Positions 49,344-63,985 of a stretch of 64,000 nt of DNA are shown here, piece by piece; position 1 is the stretch's first letter; each line of letters begins with the position of its first letter. The notes beneath the pieces are model-generated. The model made no database searches, was not told the DNA's origin, and was given only the letters and a program-made list of their open reading frames with translations. Source of the DNA: Eledone cirrhosa (lineage: Eukaryota). The translations under genes were made by a program, and so were the position numbers. The DNA lies in NCBI GenBank assembly GCA_964016885.1, contig OZ024742.1, positions 189,782,001 to 189,846,000 of the forward strand. Reading direction: 5' to 3'.

Positions 49344-49810
49344 TGTATATATATATATATATATATATGTGTATATATATATGTGTGTGTAATGTAGATC
49401 TAACCTTTTTATTATTATTATTATACTCTGCTTAGTACAACACCATTATACCTACTGGAAACTACTCATCAACTCCTCACTTTGGTGAACCTACAGTAAC
49501 GACGTTGCAATCACTATATATATATACATATATGCATATATGAGAAAGTTAGAAGTTTCACAGAACGTGTTTGACTGTAGGAAAGTAGTGTAGCTAATAG
49601 ATCATATAAATTCACTTAAGGGACAAAATGGACATTAGCACCTTTGTTAAGGGATCTTATGTGCTCTATAATTTAGATGACTTTTCTATTATCAAAAGAA
49701 TTCAATGAATTTTCTAAATTTCTCATAGGATTCAAATTCTGTAATATTATATATATAATCATCATTTATTGGACGTTAAGTAATGTTGATGACAATGATA
49801 TATGAATATA

Positions 49811-49849
<39 letters not shown>

Positions 49850-50339
49850 TTCTTCTTGCTTAGTAATAAATTACTATAAACGTCAGCTTTCGGGAGTGCA
49901 TTTAGTAAAATTTATTCGATATTGTCATAGTTTTCATAATAAGAGCTATATGAGATAGTAATTATATCGATACTAACTCTCAAAAATGTTTAATTTCAAG
50001 AAAATCTATTCTCTGATCAACCCAGCATTACAACTATTGTATGATCGATGTATTTTTAATAATTTCTTTCTAAAAGATGTTGAGAAAATTATTATTTATT
50101 ACATATTGCTGTTACAAATATTTAAACTATATTTGTGAATTAGATTAATCTTAGAGTTAATTAAATTCTCTTACACAAAAATGGCTTTAGTGTGCTCTAA
50201 GAAGAAAAATAAAACGAATTTAATTATATCTAATGAAAACAATTTCCATTATATTATACAAAATACATATTTTAAAATCAGGATATTTAACATTTTGTAG
50301 AAAATGTTATATATATATAGATACATAGCTAGATAGATA

Positions 50340-50921
<582 letters not shown>

Positions 50922-51211
50922 ATTATGTGTCTCTCTTTAATTATATTTCCGAAAATTAACTTATAAATGCACAGAATGTTCATCAGAGATATTGTATCCA
51001 TCACTGCTTCAACAAAAATCTTATTCAGTGCTGTTACCAAACATATTTACATGAACTTGTTTTGATTGTTTATAAAAGTATCTATTGAATTAATTAATAA
51101 TTATTATATCTTATTATACATACAAAAACATTCCTTTTTCTCCAAACAACAATTTTTATTATATTGTAATAATTTTAAGATAAACAAGTCCGATAAATAG
51201 TAGTAATAACG

Positions 51212-51254
<43 letters not shown>

Positions 51255-52542
51255 CAACAACAACAACAACAACAATTATGGTAATAATAAATACTTAATT
51301 CCTTTTAATGATTTAATAATTTAGTATATTTCAACATCTTGTTTGACTAGCAAATTTCTATTCTATATCCTGAAAAGAAAATCATTACATTTGCAGACTA
51401 GAATTCATAAAGACTGATAAATATAAAAGTTTAAAAATTACTTGTATATAATTCATTTTTCAGGCTATCAGCATATCGGCACATCAGCATATCAGCATAT
51501 CAGCATTCTTAGCATGGTTTGGGGGAGCTTCAATATTTCTTTGAAAATGTTCAATTTAAAAATCAATCATTTCCTACATATATAGTGTTTTCAGAAGGAT
51601 GTAATCAATGGAGGAGCAGGAGGAGGAGAAGGAGGAGGATAAAAACAAATAAGGAGTTCATATTCTACTATTTATCCCTGAATGTGTTTTACTTTCTTGT
51701 TGATAACTTCATAATGTTTTATTTGTGTAGCATTCATCCTTAACAGTACGGACAACAAGTGTCTCAATGTCTGACTGTATACAAACTGAAGTTGTACAAG
51801 AAAGCCAAGAAAGGTGTGTGATTTTTCTCTTTCTGACCATTGTGAACAAATATTGCATGAAGATTTGTGGTCTTTAACACTGGATTTCACTTTTATCCAG
51901 CTTGAAGTCATCTAACAATCTTCATGCTATCTGCTCCTCTTTATCTGGACTCCTATTCTGCTTTCTGTGACATATCTATCAATATATATATATATATATC
52001 TAGCATTCTATCATGTCTTCGTGACGTGTGGCTTTAATGATCTCTTGCATGCTACTGTAAAACATGACCACTCTTTGGTCACTTCTTTCCTTCTTGTTGG
52101 ACAAAAAAATTAACGTCACTTTCTGTGTCTCTCGTCTTTTTAGTCCTCTTTCTCATTACATACTCATATGGACACCACCAACATTTTCTGTGCTTTCTTT
52201 ATTGGGTATCTCTTCCTGAATTACTATATTATATATTTTTCTGCTCATAATGCTTCTTTTAGAACTGATTTGTATATTTTTCCTAAAAAAAATTGCTTGA
52301 ATATACTTCCTGTGAATCATACCTTGTATATAATTAGATAATGTCTGGTTCTAAAAAAAAAAAAAACATGGTGCTTCTGCTTGACATTTTCCATTTGCAA
52401 CGTATCTTAATAGTTCTTTTCCATAGAGGAAAATAGTCACTTTCTTTGATGATGATGTACTAACATAACTAACTGCCAACCTCTCTTCCTATAATTTTTC
52501 TCATCACTGTCCTTCCTAGACATATACATACATATATCTATG

Positions 52543-52622
<80 letters not shown>

Positions 52623-52720
52623 CATATATATATATATGTATATATATATATGCATACATATAAATATAAGGCTTGAAAGCATGCTGCTCCTACTTTAACA
52701 TTTCTGAATGCCTATACTCA

Positions 52721-53260
<540 letters not shown>

Positions 53261-53524
53261 TTATGTATGTGTCTGTGTATTTGCTTGTGTGTGAGTGTGC
53301 ATGTAAATATCTCTCTCTATCTGTCTCTTTTTTCTCCCTCCTACACTTCATTAATAATGGGATCCATTACACTTACAACATTTTCGTTTTTAAGAGTATT
53401 TATTTAAATAACTTGCAAAAAAAAATTATTAAATATATATTACTTTTCTTTTCACTACATTTCAGTAAATTTTCATTTTCCCACACAGAGACATATTTCT
53501 GTTTGTTTGTTCTATGAGTTTATG

Positions 53525-54120
<596 letters not shown>

Positions 54121-54184
54121 GAAATTGTTGGTGCAAATGAAAGAAAAGAGCAATCAACTCATACTGTGGAAGTTGCAAGTATTC

Positions 54185-54348
54185 ATATTAACAGTGGCTC
54201 TTATTTATGCATTTCTAATGGTTTCATAGAAGGGAATGACTTTATCTCTTTCAGATGCTTTTAAACATTTAAAAGCATTTAAAGGCATTAGGTGTATTTA
54301 TGTCTATGAACCCACTGGAAATGCATAATTAAGACAAACTGTTAATAT
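54185..54348. repeat. Diverged fold-back element (~46-bp arms)
   Basis: ATATTAACAGT...TTATGCATTTC...TTCATAGA versus TCTATGAA...GAAATGCATAA...ACTGTTAATAT. Confidence 0.75.
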
Positions 54349-54479
54349 ATATATAAACACACACATATGTATATTATATATATTAGATAGTGAAACAGAG
54401 CTTCCACCATATTTTTCACTATCTAATTTTCAAATCCTCCGCTGTTTGTAAAAACAACACTAAGCTTTGTATCTTATAT

Positions 54480-54540
<61 letters not shown>

Positions 54541-54563
54541 TTTGTAGTAACTGGCCATAATAA

Positions 54564-54595
<32 letters not shown>

Positions 54596-54708
54596 GGATA
54601 TATATATATATATATATATGCATTTGTAGTAACTGGCCTTAATAATTGAATATACACTTATACGTACTTACATACACACACATATATACATGCATGCATG
54701 CATATATG

Positions 54709-55284
54709 CATGGTGGCTGCCAACTCGTTTTCGAGTATGGCCACTACTTTATATCCATGTAGGAGAACCCCTACCGATGCGCTGAACGAGTGTGACTTTT
54801 TAGTCCAGTCAGCAACTTGTAAACTCTGGTACAAACACTACACTTGTGACAATTATTGACACATAGTGCTGGGCCCATGGTACCATGTGATGACAAGTGC
54901 AGAGATCTCCAGATATAAAGCAATGCCTGTGCCGTGAAGCTTTTATAGTGAGCAAAGGCACTGCACAAAGCCAGTCCCACTCTCTTAACCAAGATGATAT
55001 TTACCAAAAAGAAGAACAAATCAACATCATTGGATACCATCAGGGTTGCAGGTGTTATATCAGAGTTTTCCTTCTCCTAGAATTCTGCCTTGACAAAGGC
55101 TAAGGGGTCATCTCTCCCAGTGATTTTGGATGGCCATTGACTCTTAGGAGCCCCTTTGCCTTTTGACAGGTTTTGTTTTTAGTCCTGCAGGATGTCCGGG
55201 GTTGCCAGTTTAGTCGCCAACGACCTGACCATGAGACAGATTGTACCGGGATACATGTTACCAGTAGCACCGACTGGTGACCTG
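54709..55284 (-). mobile_element. Non-autonomous bipartite RTE derivative (5' UTR + C-terminal C2H2 zinc-finger remnant), copy 1
   Basis: HKCSVCTRVYKLLTGLKSHTRSAH; 5' motifs GGTCGTTGGCGACTAAACTGGCAACCCC and CTAGGAGAAGGAAAACTCTGA; flanked by CATA-type repeats. Confidence 0.75.
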
Positions 55285-56375
55285 ACATACATATATTCAT
55301 ATATACATATACATATATACATACATATATACATACATACATATATACACATGCATACACATATACATACACATGTACATACATACATACATACGCACAC
55401 AATACATACACACATACATACATACATACATATTTTGCATCAATAAATCAACAGTTCAATGACTGATGCCAGTAAATGAAGAAAATATGAATAAAAGAAG
55501 AATGAGTAAAAGTTATTTAAAGATAAGAAAGTAAGAAAAAAAATTATTTATCAGAAATATATTCACACTTCTAAGTATTTATTTGTTTTAGTTTTGTTAT
55601 GTTTTTTCTCGGTAATTTTATTTAACATGGACTGAATAGATTGACATGAAACATACATATACTTTTTAACTTCATAGTGCATCTTATTCCTGTTAAAGAT
55701 AAAGATCTATTTATAATCAAACTCAATACACTGTTGAAATAATAAAACGCTATTTTCTATATCTAAATATCATAAATTGTTGTAAAAAAAAAATTTCTTT
55801 TATTTTTCATAATTTGTTTTGGTTTAATTGATTAATTATGATATAGATAATCTGTTAAACAACTATGTGTTAGATCCTCATCACTGCACAAAATATATTC
55901 TCTTTTAATTACATGTTATATATTATTATCTACGACATTTGTTATAAAGCGCATATTTACATTCTCCTCTTCATTTTCCTTATAACATGCTCATGTTCAT
56001 ATTGAAAAGCATTCTATGGCTACCCTTTCTGTTTTAGGTCCCAAATGGAAAATATTGTATGAATGCAAATGAACATTTGAATAAAATAATCAATACATTT
56101 CTCCCATGTGGACAGATGCATAATTAAATTATATAAAATATTTCTATTTTAGACATTTTCTTTCACAAAAGTTCTTTTATCTATTTTACAAATATTAATA
56201 TAGGCTAATATTATTAATATTATGGCTGTATGGCTGTGTGGTTAAGAAGTTTGCTTCACAACCATGTGGTTGAGTGTTCAGTTCTACTGTGGGCAAGTAT
56301 CATGTCTTCTACTATGACTCCAGTCTGACCAATACCTTGTTAAAGAAATTTGGTAGATGGAAACTGCATGAAAGC

Positions 56376-56418
<43 letters not shown>

Positions 56419-56489
56419 ATTATATATATATATACAACACATATATATAATATTTATATTATATATATATACAACACATGTATATAATA

Positions 56490-56835
56490 AGGTGTGATAG
56501 TTTGCTTGAAGCATTGTGGGATAAGAAACTGAAAAGTGGGGTATGTGTGTTTAGAAAGCTGTACAATACAAGTCGGTTAGATTACCAAGGTAAAAGGTTG
56601 GGAGGGAATTGAGGGAGTTGAGGTACGTAATGGGTAATTAATCTGAAAGATTTGGGGAATAATAGATTGCTAAGGTAACTTTCAGTTATTCTTCCTTTTC
56701 TTTTTTTCCTTCTTCTCTCACTTTTTCTTTTCTACCTCAACTCTTTCAATTCCTGCCCAACTTGTTACCTTGGTAATCTAGCCCACTTATATTGTATGGC
56801 TTTCTAAACACATATACCCACAATTCAGTTCCTAT
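56490..56835. mobile_element. Fold-back element (arms 56521-56625 / 56733-56835) with PLE-type tail on the left arm only
   Basis: TATGTGTGTTTAGAAAGC...TAGATTACCAAGGTAA...GAGTTGAGGTA versus its reverse complement; tail motif AGTTTGCTTGAAGCATTGTGG at 56499-56519. Confidence 0.85.
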
Positions 56836-56850
56836 ATATGTGTCTGTGCA

Positions 56851-56858
56851 TGTGTGTG

Positions 56859-56950
<92 letters not shown>
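56851..56950. repeat. (TG)n microsatellite
   Basis: Directly visible. Confidence 0.95.
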
Positions 56951-56951
<1 letters not shown>

Positions 56952-57439
56952 ATGATGCATGTGGTGCAAGTTTGTTCATATTTACACCATTATAAAAAAA
57001 CTACTCTTTAATTCATATCCCATGACTTTGTAGTTCAGCAAGAAGTGGCTGAAAAAATAAGTACTGCAGTTCAGTTGATTACAAAAACTCTTCATAGCAG
57101 TGCCCCAGCATGACCTCAGCCAATAACTAAAAACCATTAAAAAAATAAAGAAAGAACAAAAAGCCCCTGTTAAACGTCTTATAAAAATGGCAGTCATTAG
57201 AACGTTGGATTAAATTTCTCAATATTTCGTTTAACTCTCTGTGCTTAGAATTCAATGTTGATAAATGTGTTACTACTTCAGGTGTGGTAGATTGGCAATA
57301 TTGTGAAAGAGTTGAACAGGTTGCTTTGTAGTATCTGCACTTCTGCCAGGATATGGAACTAACAAATAGTATTAGAAATGTCCACTGGACCACCGTTGCT
57401 TCTGATGATGACTGTTCTAATCATTAAAACAGCAGAATA

Positions 57440-57690
57440 ATCTGCCTCTGGAATTAACATGCAAGTGGCTGAGAGTATTCCACAGATATTTGTGCTATCA
57501 TGGAGATTCGGCATATGAAATGTGTGGCAAGGCTGGCCTTTTGAATTACAGGTACCATAATCGCCAGTGGAGTGGAGTAGAATGGAGCAATGTAAAATAA
57601 AGTATTTTGCTCTAGTACATAATGTGCCACCAAAAATGAAACTTATGATCTTACAGCTGTGAGCCAAACACCCTCACCATTACTCCACAA
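57440..57690 (-). mobile_element. SINE family C
   Basis: AATTAACATGCAAGTGGCTGAG.ATTCCACAGA...GAGCCAAACACCCT.ACCA shared with 22425-22738. Confidence 0.65.
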
Positions 57691-58021
57691 GACTTTACAT
57701 CAGATATATAAAGAGCAATAGAATGATAGTTCTGTGGTTCTTTCTTTATTTTTTCCTAAAATCTATATTTTCAGAGTTTTACTGTCATATCTTATATTTA
57801 TAATTTCTAAAGTAAAATATGTTTTTTTTTTAAGAAGGATATCCTACTATTAAAACTACAATAAAATATTTTAACAATTTTTTTTTTAATTGATTTTTTT
57901 TCCTGAAGTATATTTTCAGGGTGTTTTTTCAAGCACTTGCCATATATTGTATTGTGGTCCAAACTCATATATATATATATTTATACATACATACATACAT
58001 ACATACATACATACATACATA

Positions 58022-58584
58022 CATGGTGGCTGCCAACTCGTTTTCGAGTACGGCCACTACTTTATATCCATGTAGGAGAACCCCTACCGATGCGCTGAAC
58101 GAGTGTGACTTTAGTCCAGCCAGCGACTTGAAAACTCTGGCACAAAGACTACACTTGTGACCATTATTGACACATAGTGCTGGGCCCATTGTACCATGTG
58201 ATGACAAGTGCAGAGAGATCTCCAGATATAAAGCAATGCCTGTGCTGTGAAGCTTTTATAGTGAGCAAAGGCACTGCACAAAGCCAGTCCCACTCTCTTA
58301 ACCAAGATGATATTTACCAAAAAGAAGAACAGGTCAACATCATTGGATACCATCAGGATTGCAGGTGTTATATCAGAGTTTTCCTTCTCCTAGAATTCTG
58401 CCTTGACAAAGGCTAAGGGGTCATCTCTCCCGGTGATTTTGGATGGCTATTGACTCTTAAGAGCTCCCTTGCCCTTTGACAGGTTTTGTTTTTAGTCCTG
58501 CAGGATGTCCAAAGTCACCCTCCTCACCAAGAAACCTTGGTGGGGTTGCCAGTTTAGTCGCCAACGACCCGACCATGAGACAGG
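58022..58584 (-). mobile_element. Non-autonomous bipartite RTE derivative, copy 2
   Basis: Highly similar to 54709-55240; HKCSLCARVFKSLAGLKSH; (CATA)n on both sides. Confidence 0.8.
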
Positions 58585-58650
58585 TATACATACATACATA
58601 CATACATACATACATACATACATACATACATACATACATACATACATACA

Positions 58651-59023
58651 TACTGGGATATGTTAGTAACTGCCTCAATACAAATCTTGAGAAGCTAGGC
58701 TTCACAGGAACAGAAAGAACACAACTAGTTAGAAAATTACAAGTACAATCCATTAATGGAACAGTAAAAATATGTAAAACATTCCAAATATTTTGCATCT
58801 AATAACTGCATATACACATGTACAGATACAAAGCATATACACATGCACACATACACATCCACACATACAATAACATCCATATCTACACATGCATGCATGC
58901 AGACATACATACATATCTACCTAGTTGATGTTGTGTAAATTCCAATGAGAGAGTCTTGTGTCTATGTTAGAAACCGACTCTCTCTCTATTGGTAAAACTT
59001 TGTGAAATTATAAAACCAGAAGA
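58651..59023 (+). mobile_element. 3' fragment of an R4/Dong-like (restriction-like endonuclease) non-LTR element within (CATA)n
   Basis: LGYVSNCLNTNLEKLGF...LVRKLQVQSINGTVKICKTF* resembles the GALG.....L..LG......LQK..L.GT.KI C-terminus; (CATA)n on both flanks. Confidence 0.6.
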
Positions 59024-59388
59024 ACATACATACATACATACATACATACATACATACATACATACATACATACATACATACATACACCCACATGCATGCA
59101 TACATATATACTGGGTTCTGATGTAGTGATATTAATAGCTCTCAAAAAAGGAAGAACTCAATGTTTATAATAGAGTAATTATATAGGTTGATTTTTATTT
59201 ATATTTTCTTACATATGTATGCTATAATGGACTTTATGAAATAACATCATCATTATCCACTTCTCCATAGCCAATTAATATTCTATATTTGTTCTAATCA
59301 AAACTGAATTTTAGTTGAACCCTCAACCTCATTGTTCCTGCTTGTTCTACAGTATACATATTAAGAAAAACATACATATATACATATA

Positions 59389-59603
59389 TAAGTATAAAGG
59401 AAGTGGTCAAGTGCAGAAATGCTATTAATATAAGTTATAAAATAGAGTAAGACCCTTATAAAATGAAAAAAGAAGTTGCCATCGGCCGCTATGAAAGAAT
59501 GGACCTTGATGCCAACATTTTTTCCTTTTTTTTAAGGCACTTCACCCTATTCTATAAGCTATCTTTATAGCATTTCTGCACTACAGCACTTTCTTTATAC
59601 TTA
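59389..59603. repeat. Fold-back element, same family as 104-277
   Basis: TAAGTATAAAGGAAGTGGTCAAGTGCAGAAAT... / ...ATTTCTGCACTACAGCACTTTCTTTATACTTA. Confidence 0.85.
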
Positions 59604-60309
59604 CATATATATATTCTCAGTGCTTAAAAGCTGTAAATTCGGTTGTGTATATTGTTTATATATACATATATATCTTTAAGTCGTTTGGAAGCCTCGACAA
59701 TGCAAATGGGTAAATCTCCGGGTAACAAGATCCGGTGGTGGAGAGAGAGATGTAAGTGAGTGTACGTTGAGATGCGTGGCGTGTATAAGACGTGTAGAGG
59801 AATGAAGGAAAGAGTATAAAGGATAAAATAAAAATAACAACACGAGAGAGAGTTACCTTGGGAGAGATTTAATTGTCCCTATATATTTTGGATTCACATC
59901 CATCAACTGGGGGTTTTTTCCGGGGTGGGGGAAAGGTTGTCTGTCGGAAAGGTGCAAAACGTGTCCTCCGATGTTTGTTGTTTTGAATATCTGAGGTATT
60001 CAGCAGAGCGCGTGCGCATAAAATGGGGTCGGTCGGGCAGAGGTCAGCGGCCGAAGTAGTTCTTTCAATTGTGGGAGTGGGGTGGCGCTAGCTGTCAGTC
60101 CATTCTCTGCTTGTTTGTTAAATGTTACTGTGTGTGTGTGTGCGTGTGTTGTTGTCTCGCTTGAGTGTGTGTGCGTGTGTTGTTGCCTTGTTCCTCTGTA
60201 TTGGCAGTGTAGTATGTTTGTATGGTGGAATGCTACTGTGTGTGTGTGTGCGTGTGTAGTTGTCTCGCTTGTGTGTGTGTGTGCGTGTGTTGTTGCATCG
60301 TTTGTTAAC

Positions 60310-60830
60310 TTAAACCAACCACCTCATTTCGCTTCTCTCGGATTGATTGTTTATTTGCGGTTACAGGAGTTTGATAAAAAGTGCTTCCTTGATACGTAAC
60401 GTGCTGACGTTTCTTTCAGTCGCTAGAATTGTGACAATGGGCCTTCCGTCTTTGTTTCCGCATTTGTCTATGTGTTTCCGGAAAGACGAGGCCCTGGTTT
60501 TAGTGTGTTCCTTATCCGGATGTGCAAAGGTCAGATTGTGCTAGCTATATAATATTGGTTGCACCTGTCACATTCTATCTTATACACGACGTATGTGCGT
60601 AGGCAACAGTTCGCATGGCGTATCGGGTAGTCCCTGAGGGAGCACGCGTCAGTTGATTTCCCGGGTTTCCTGGAGAGGCATCTTCGCAGGGAGGGGCCCG
60701 AGTGGGCCAGGTGGATGTCGAGGGCCTCCCTCCATATAGCCTTGTGGATAGCATTGGTGGTATTCTCGCCCAGGTGTGGCATTTTAAGGAGGTACTTGCT
60801 TTGGGTGCCTCTCTGTCTCTTGTGTCTGGT
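60310..60830 (-). pseudogene. Penelope-type linker + GIY-YIG endonuclease relic (2 stops, 1 frameshift)
   Basis: MPHLGE...GPSLRRCLS...C...VVYKIECDRCNQYYIASTI*PLHIRI/EHTK...SSFRKH...ILATERN...LRIKEALFIKLL*PQIN; the GIY-YIG R, E and N catalytic positions are recognisable. Confidence 0.85.
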
Positions 60831-61294
60831 GTCAACCGCAAATAAAGAATCAATCCTAGAGAAGCGAAATGAGGTGGTTGGTTTAAGTTAGCAATCGATG
60901 CAACAACATACGCACACACACACACAAGCAAGACAACTACACATGCACACGCACACACACACACAGTAGCATTCCACCATACAAACATACTACACTGCCA
61001 ATACAGAGGAACAAGGCAACAACACACGCACACACACACACTCAAGCGAGACAACAACACACGCACACATACACACAGTAACATTTAACAAACAGGCAGA
61101 GAATGGACTGACAGCTAGCGCCACCCCACTCCCACAATTGAAAGAACTACTTCGGCCGCTGACCTCTGCCCGACCGACCCCATTTCACGCGCACGTGCGC
61201 TCTGCTGAATACCTCAGATATTCAAAATAACAAACAGCGGAGGACACGTTTTGCACCTTTCCGACAGACAACCTTTCCCCCACCCCGGAAAAAA

Positions 61295-61330
61295 CCCCAG
61301 TTGATGGATGTGAATCCGAAATATATAGGG
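61295..61330 (+). ncRNA. Hammerhead-like motif with variant core CAGUUGA (mirror copy 59877-59912, - strand)
   Basis: CCC-CAGTTGA-T-GGAT-GTGA-ATCC-GAAA-TATA-TA-GGG. Confidence 0.7.
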
Positions 61331-61766
61331 ACAATTAAATCTCTCCCAAGGTAACTCTCTCTCGTGTTGTTATTTTTATTTTATCCTTTATACTCTTTCC
61401 TTCATTCCTCTACACATCTTATACACGCCACGCATCTCAACGTACACCCACTTACATCTCTCTCTCCACCACCGGATCTTGTTACCCGGAGATTTACCCA
61501 TTTGCATTGTCGAGGCTTCCAAACGACTTAAAGATATTTACCTATTATTCCACAATGCTTCAAGCAAACTTCAATACTCTCCCATACATATATATATATT
61601 TTTTTTTCTTTTCCTTCTCTTCATAACTCTATTACACAAGATAAAGAACTACAATAAACTTAGACTACCCAAGTCACACATTTTGAAATACAATAATTCA
61701 GTTAATAAAAAAAAGGAAATATACTGTTTAATAAAAAAGAACATCGCTGCAACCAAAGTCATATAC

Positions 61767-61801
<35 letters not shown>

Positions 61802-62969
61802 ACACCATCATCATCATCATCAACATCATCATCATTGTCATCATCATCATCTTCAGTGTTTAATGTCCATATTCCCTGCCAGCAAGGGTTGCATGGTTCT
61901 CCACAGACCAAGTCAGTAGTGAAGTGAAGCTAGTTCCTAGTCCACCAGCACAAGACATGGTGTCGTGTTTTTGACACAACTGAAGGACCTTCACAACCAG
62001 TTATGTAATATCTAACCAACAAAATTCTGAAACTTATCGTTCACTCTGATTGATTGACAAGATCCCAGACCTCAATTGCTTGCCGAGTGGAGTGGACCTT
62101 GTCAAATCAGACCAAGCAAACAATGTTTTCAGCAGTCTTTCCATTGCTGACACTATCTACCAGTTGCAACTCCTGGCAGAAAGAGCAACGTGAAATAAAA
62201 TGTCTTGCTCAAGAACACAATACATCACTCAGTCCAAGAATGGAACTCACAACCTCACGATTGCAAATCTGACTCTCTACCACTAAGCCACACATCCAAA
62301 ACTTGTGACTAAGTAAAAGATCCTACAGGAACCAAAAGTATCACATCTCAACATAATCAAATTATCTATTTATCATCTTCATTATTATAACTCTTAATGT
62401 CAGTGATGTAGCTAGAATGGGTGCAACCTGGGGCAGCCCTTCAGTTTGCTGCCCCTGGGCCTCCACAAAAAATACATATTTCCCACTGACTCACTCTTAA
62501 AGTTATATGTTATATATTAACTAGTCTGTTTACAATTACAATATTAGGCTCCAGCATTAAAAGAATACTTATAGCCAAAAGCACCACCCCCATAAAACTG
62601 TTGCCGAGGGCAGACTGCTATGATACTGCTTAATGTACTGCATGAAATCACATTAGCAGCACTATGACTGCATCATATTAACAATTGAAAACTTTACTCT
62701 AATACTGCAAATTTTCACAACAATCTATCCACTAGTAAAGATATGATAAACATTTGAATTAACAAAACTGTTTCTATATGTTTTAATATTTTCTACTAAA
62801 TCATTACAGAATGTTAAGAGGTAATATTAGTTTTTAGGGTATTAAATAGCATGTTTGTCTGTATTTACTCTGGCATTCTATGCTCAGTTCAAAATTCAAT
62901 GAGGCCAACTTTTTTTTTTATCTTTTCTGAGTTGATAAATAAAGTACCATTTCAGTACTACTACTACTA

Positions 62970-62972
<3 letters not shown>

Positions 62973-63002
<30 letters not shown>

Positions 63003-63030
63003 CTTCTTCTTCTTCTTCTTCTTCTTCTTC
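62973..63030. repeat. (CTT)n microsatellite preceded by (TAC)n
   Basis: Directly visible. Confidence 0.95.
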
Positions 63031-63651
63031 CATCACTCTCCTCTTATTCAGCTGTAGTCAAACCTGAAGAGTAATTATGGGCACCACCAGATTTTAAATG
63101 ACACACTACTTCAACTCCATGAGGAGTTCAGAGATCAATAACCAAAGATCAGTAATCAATGAAAGTAGAACAGGTTTATAATACATGTTTCAATTGTTTT
63201 CAGTCATATGTAACTTCAACAATGGTGGTCCTCATTCTCATATCTTACCTTGCCACCAGTAGGTTAGCAACTGCTCTCAATGTCCAAGAATAAAGACACA
63301 TTGTTGCTAACTTCATCTTAATTAATAGGTATGAAAAGCCAAATAAAATGTTACACCCTTATAACAGTTCTGACAACAAGTATTCCAGTTGTTCAAACAA
63401 CAGGCTGGACTGTTCGTGGAATTAACGTGCAATTGGCTGTGTCTTTCACAGACACGAGTACCTTTAATGTAATTCTCAAAGAGATTCCACTGCATTATAC
63501 AGTGGGTGACATGACTGGTCCTTGAATTACAAATACAGTCAAACCGACAGGCACAAAAGAGTTTTCATCTACCCAGCTTTACTCACAGTGGGATTGAAAT
63601 CAGGACCTAATAATTGCAAAGCAAACTCCTTAATCATTCAGCCATGTTGCG

Positions 63652-63985
63652 TCCATCATCATCACCATCATTACTGTTTAACGTCCATTTTCCATGCTAA
63701 CATGGGTTAGACGTGCTGTCCCTTTGTGAGACAAGTTAGGTTGGATGACCATGTTTTGCTCATACAGAACAGATTTTGGCTTGATTCCTATGACTAGATG
63801 CCCTTCCTAATGCCAACCACATTTACTGTGTGTACTGGGTACTTTATGTCATGACACCTACACGACCACTTTACAATGTGGGCTGGGTGTTTTTGGTTGT
63901 GACACCTACATGACAACTTTACAGTTTGGACTGGGCGCTTTTTGTCATGCCACCTACACAAGCACTTTACAGTATAGACTGTTCA
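63652..63985 (-). mobile_element. RTE-related non-autonomous element with 48-bp tandem units
   Basis: (CAT)n-like tail; TTTAACGTCCATTTTCCATGCTAACATGGGTTAGAC; GATGCCCTTCCTAATGCC; about 3.5 units of ACCACTTTACA.TGTGG.CTGGG...GACACCTACA. Confidence 0.8.

Larger units (their letters stand above)
59670..61590. mobile_element. Penelope-like retroelement: two 5'-truncated copies head-to-head (~695-bp arms 59670-60362 / 60834-61537, ~470-bp spacer, 3' tail 61538-61590)
   Basis: Long near-identical inverted arms; GIY-YIG relic; hammerhead-like motif; short TA tracts on both flanks. Confidence 0.92.

Noticed and set aside
58500-58584. Possible HDV-like or twister ribozyme at the 5' end of the RTE derivatives
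   Set aside because: A hairpin (ACCAAG/CTTGGT) is present, but I could not build the required pseudoknots by eye.
62401-62627. Possible hAT-like MITE (CAGTGATGTAGC...GCTATGATACTG)
   Set aside because: The termini are too degenerate and no TSD is identifiable.
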